Source: Elusimicrobiota bacterium (GTDB lineage Bacteria > Elusimicrobiota > Elusimicrobia > Elusimicrobiales > Elusimicrobiaceae). From it: a stretch of 27,444 nucleotides of DNA. Each line of letters opens with the position of its first letter. Position 1 is the stretch's first letter. Shown in pieces: positions 27,335 to 27,444 of this stretch. The stretch covers positions 1-27,444 of the forward strand of contig JAIRLH010000096.1 of assembly GCA_031259485.1 (NCBI GenBank). The letters are read 5' to 3'. The position numbers were made by a program, and so were the translations under genes. The notes below the pieces were generated by a model. The model made no database searches. It saw nothing but the letters and a program-made list of their open reading frames with translations, and was not told where the DNA came from.

Positions 27335-27444
27335 TCATTGCGGGCCGACTGCTTTTGTCGGCGTCAATCCAAGGCCGTAAATCTTAAAGCATTTGTTTTA
27401 TTCTGGATTACTTCGGCCGGACAAGTGTAATCCGGCATCGCAAT
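27335..27444. repeat. Mirror of the GTCAT-type REP doublet
   Basis: Reverse complement of 1-110. Confidence 0.5.

Larger units (their letters stand above)
1..27444. repeat. Window-spanning perfect inverted repeat (arms 1-13722 and 13723-27444), probable fold-back artefact
   Basis: The first 24 nt (ATTGCGATGCCGGATTACACTTGT) are the reverse complement of the last 24 nt. All ORF coordinates mirror with sum 27445 and have identical translations. The centre GTTTGCCGTCCGT|ACGGACGGCAAAC has no spacer. Not every base was compared by eye. Confidence 0.97.

Noticed and set aside
13723-27444. A real biological duplication of ftsH, glmM, glmS, gcvT and the other genes
   Set aside because: The copies are identical, exactly mirrored, spacer-free, and run to both window ends. 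This is better explained by a fold-back than by paralogy.

Overview
The whole 27,444-bp window is one spacer-free palindrome. Position i mirrors 27445-i, the apex is ...CCGTCCGT|ACGGACGG... at 13722/13723, and every ORF has an identical mirrored translation. It therefore holds only about 13.7 kb of unique sequence and is most likely a fold-back artefact. The unique arm is bacterial chromosomal DNA, probably Elusimicrobiota; this is inferred from the style of the PilE-like pilins, not from a database search. Gene order: pilin, decayed S4/TlyA fragment, MntP-like transporter, hpt, ftsH, glmM, pdxJ, glmS, acpS, nnrD, alpha/beta hydrolase, two lipoproteins, a truncated pilin on the opposite strand, gcvT, gcvH. 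The most interesting signal is non-coding. Two diverged copies of an unrecognised ~200-nt multi-stem element occur at 178-379 (upstream of the pilin) and 13584-13735 (after gcvH, cut by the fold). They share GNRA loops, compensatory base changes and conserved linkers. The intact copy also has an 11-bp loop pseudoknot and a terminator-like 3' hairpin. Each copy follows a GTCAT-type REP doublet, and the palindrome folds exactly in the loop of one of the element's hairpins.
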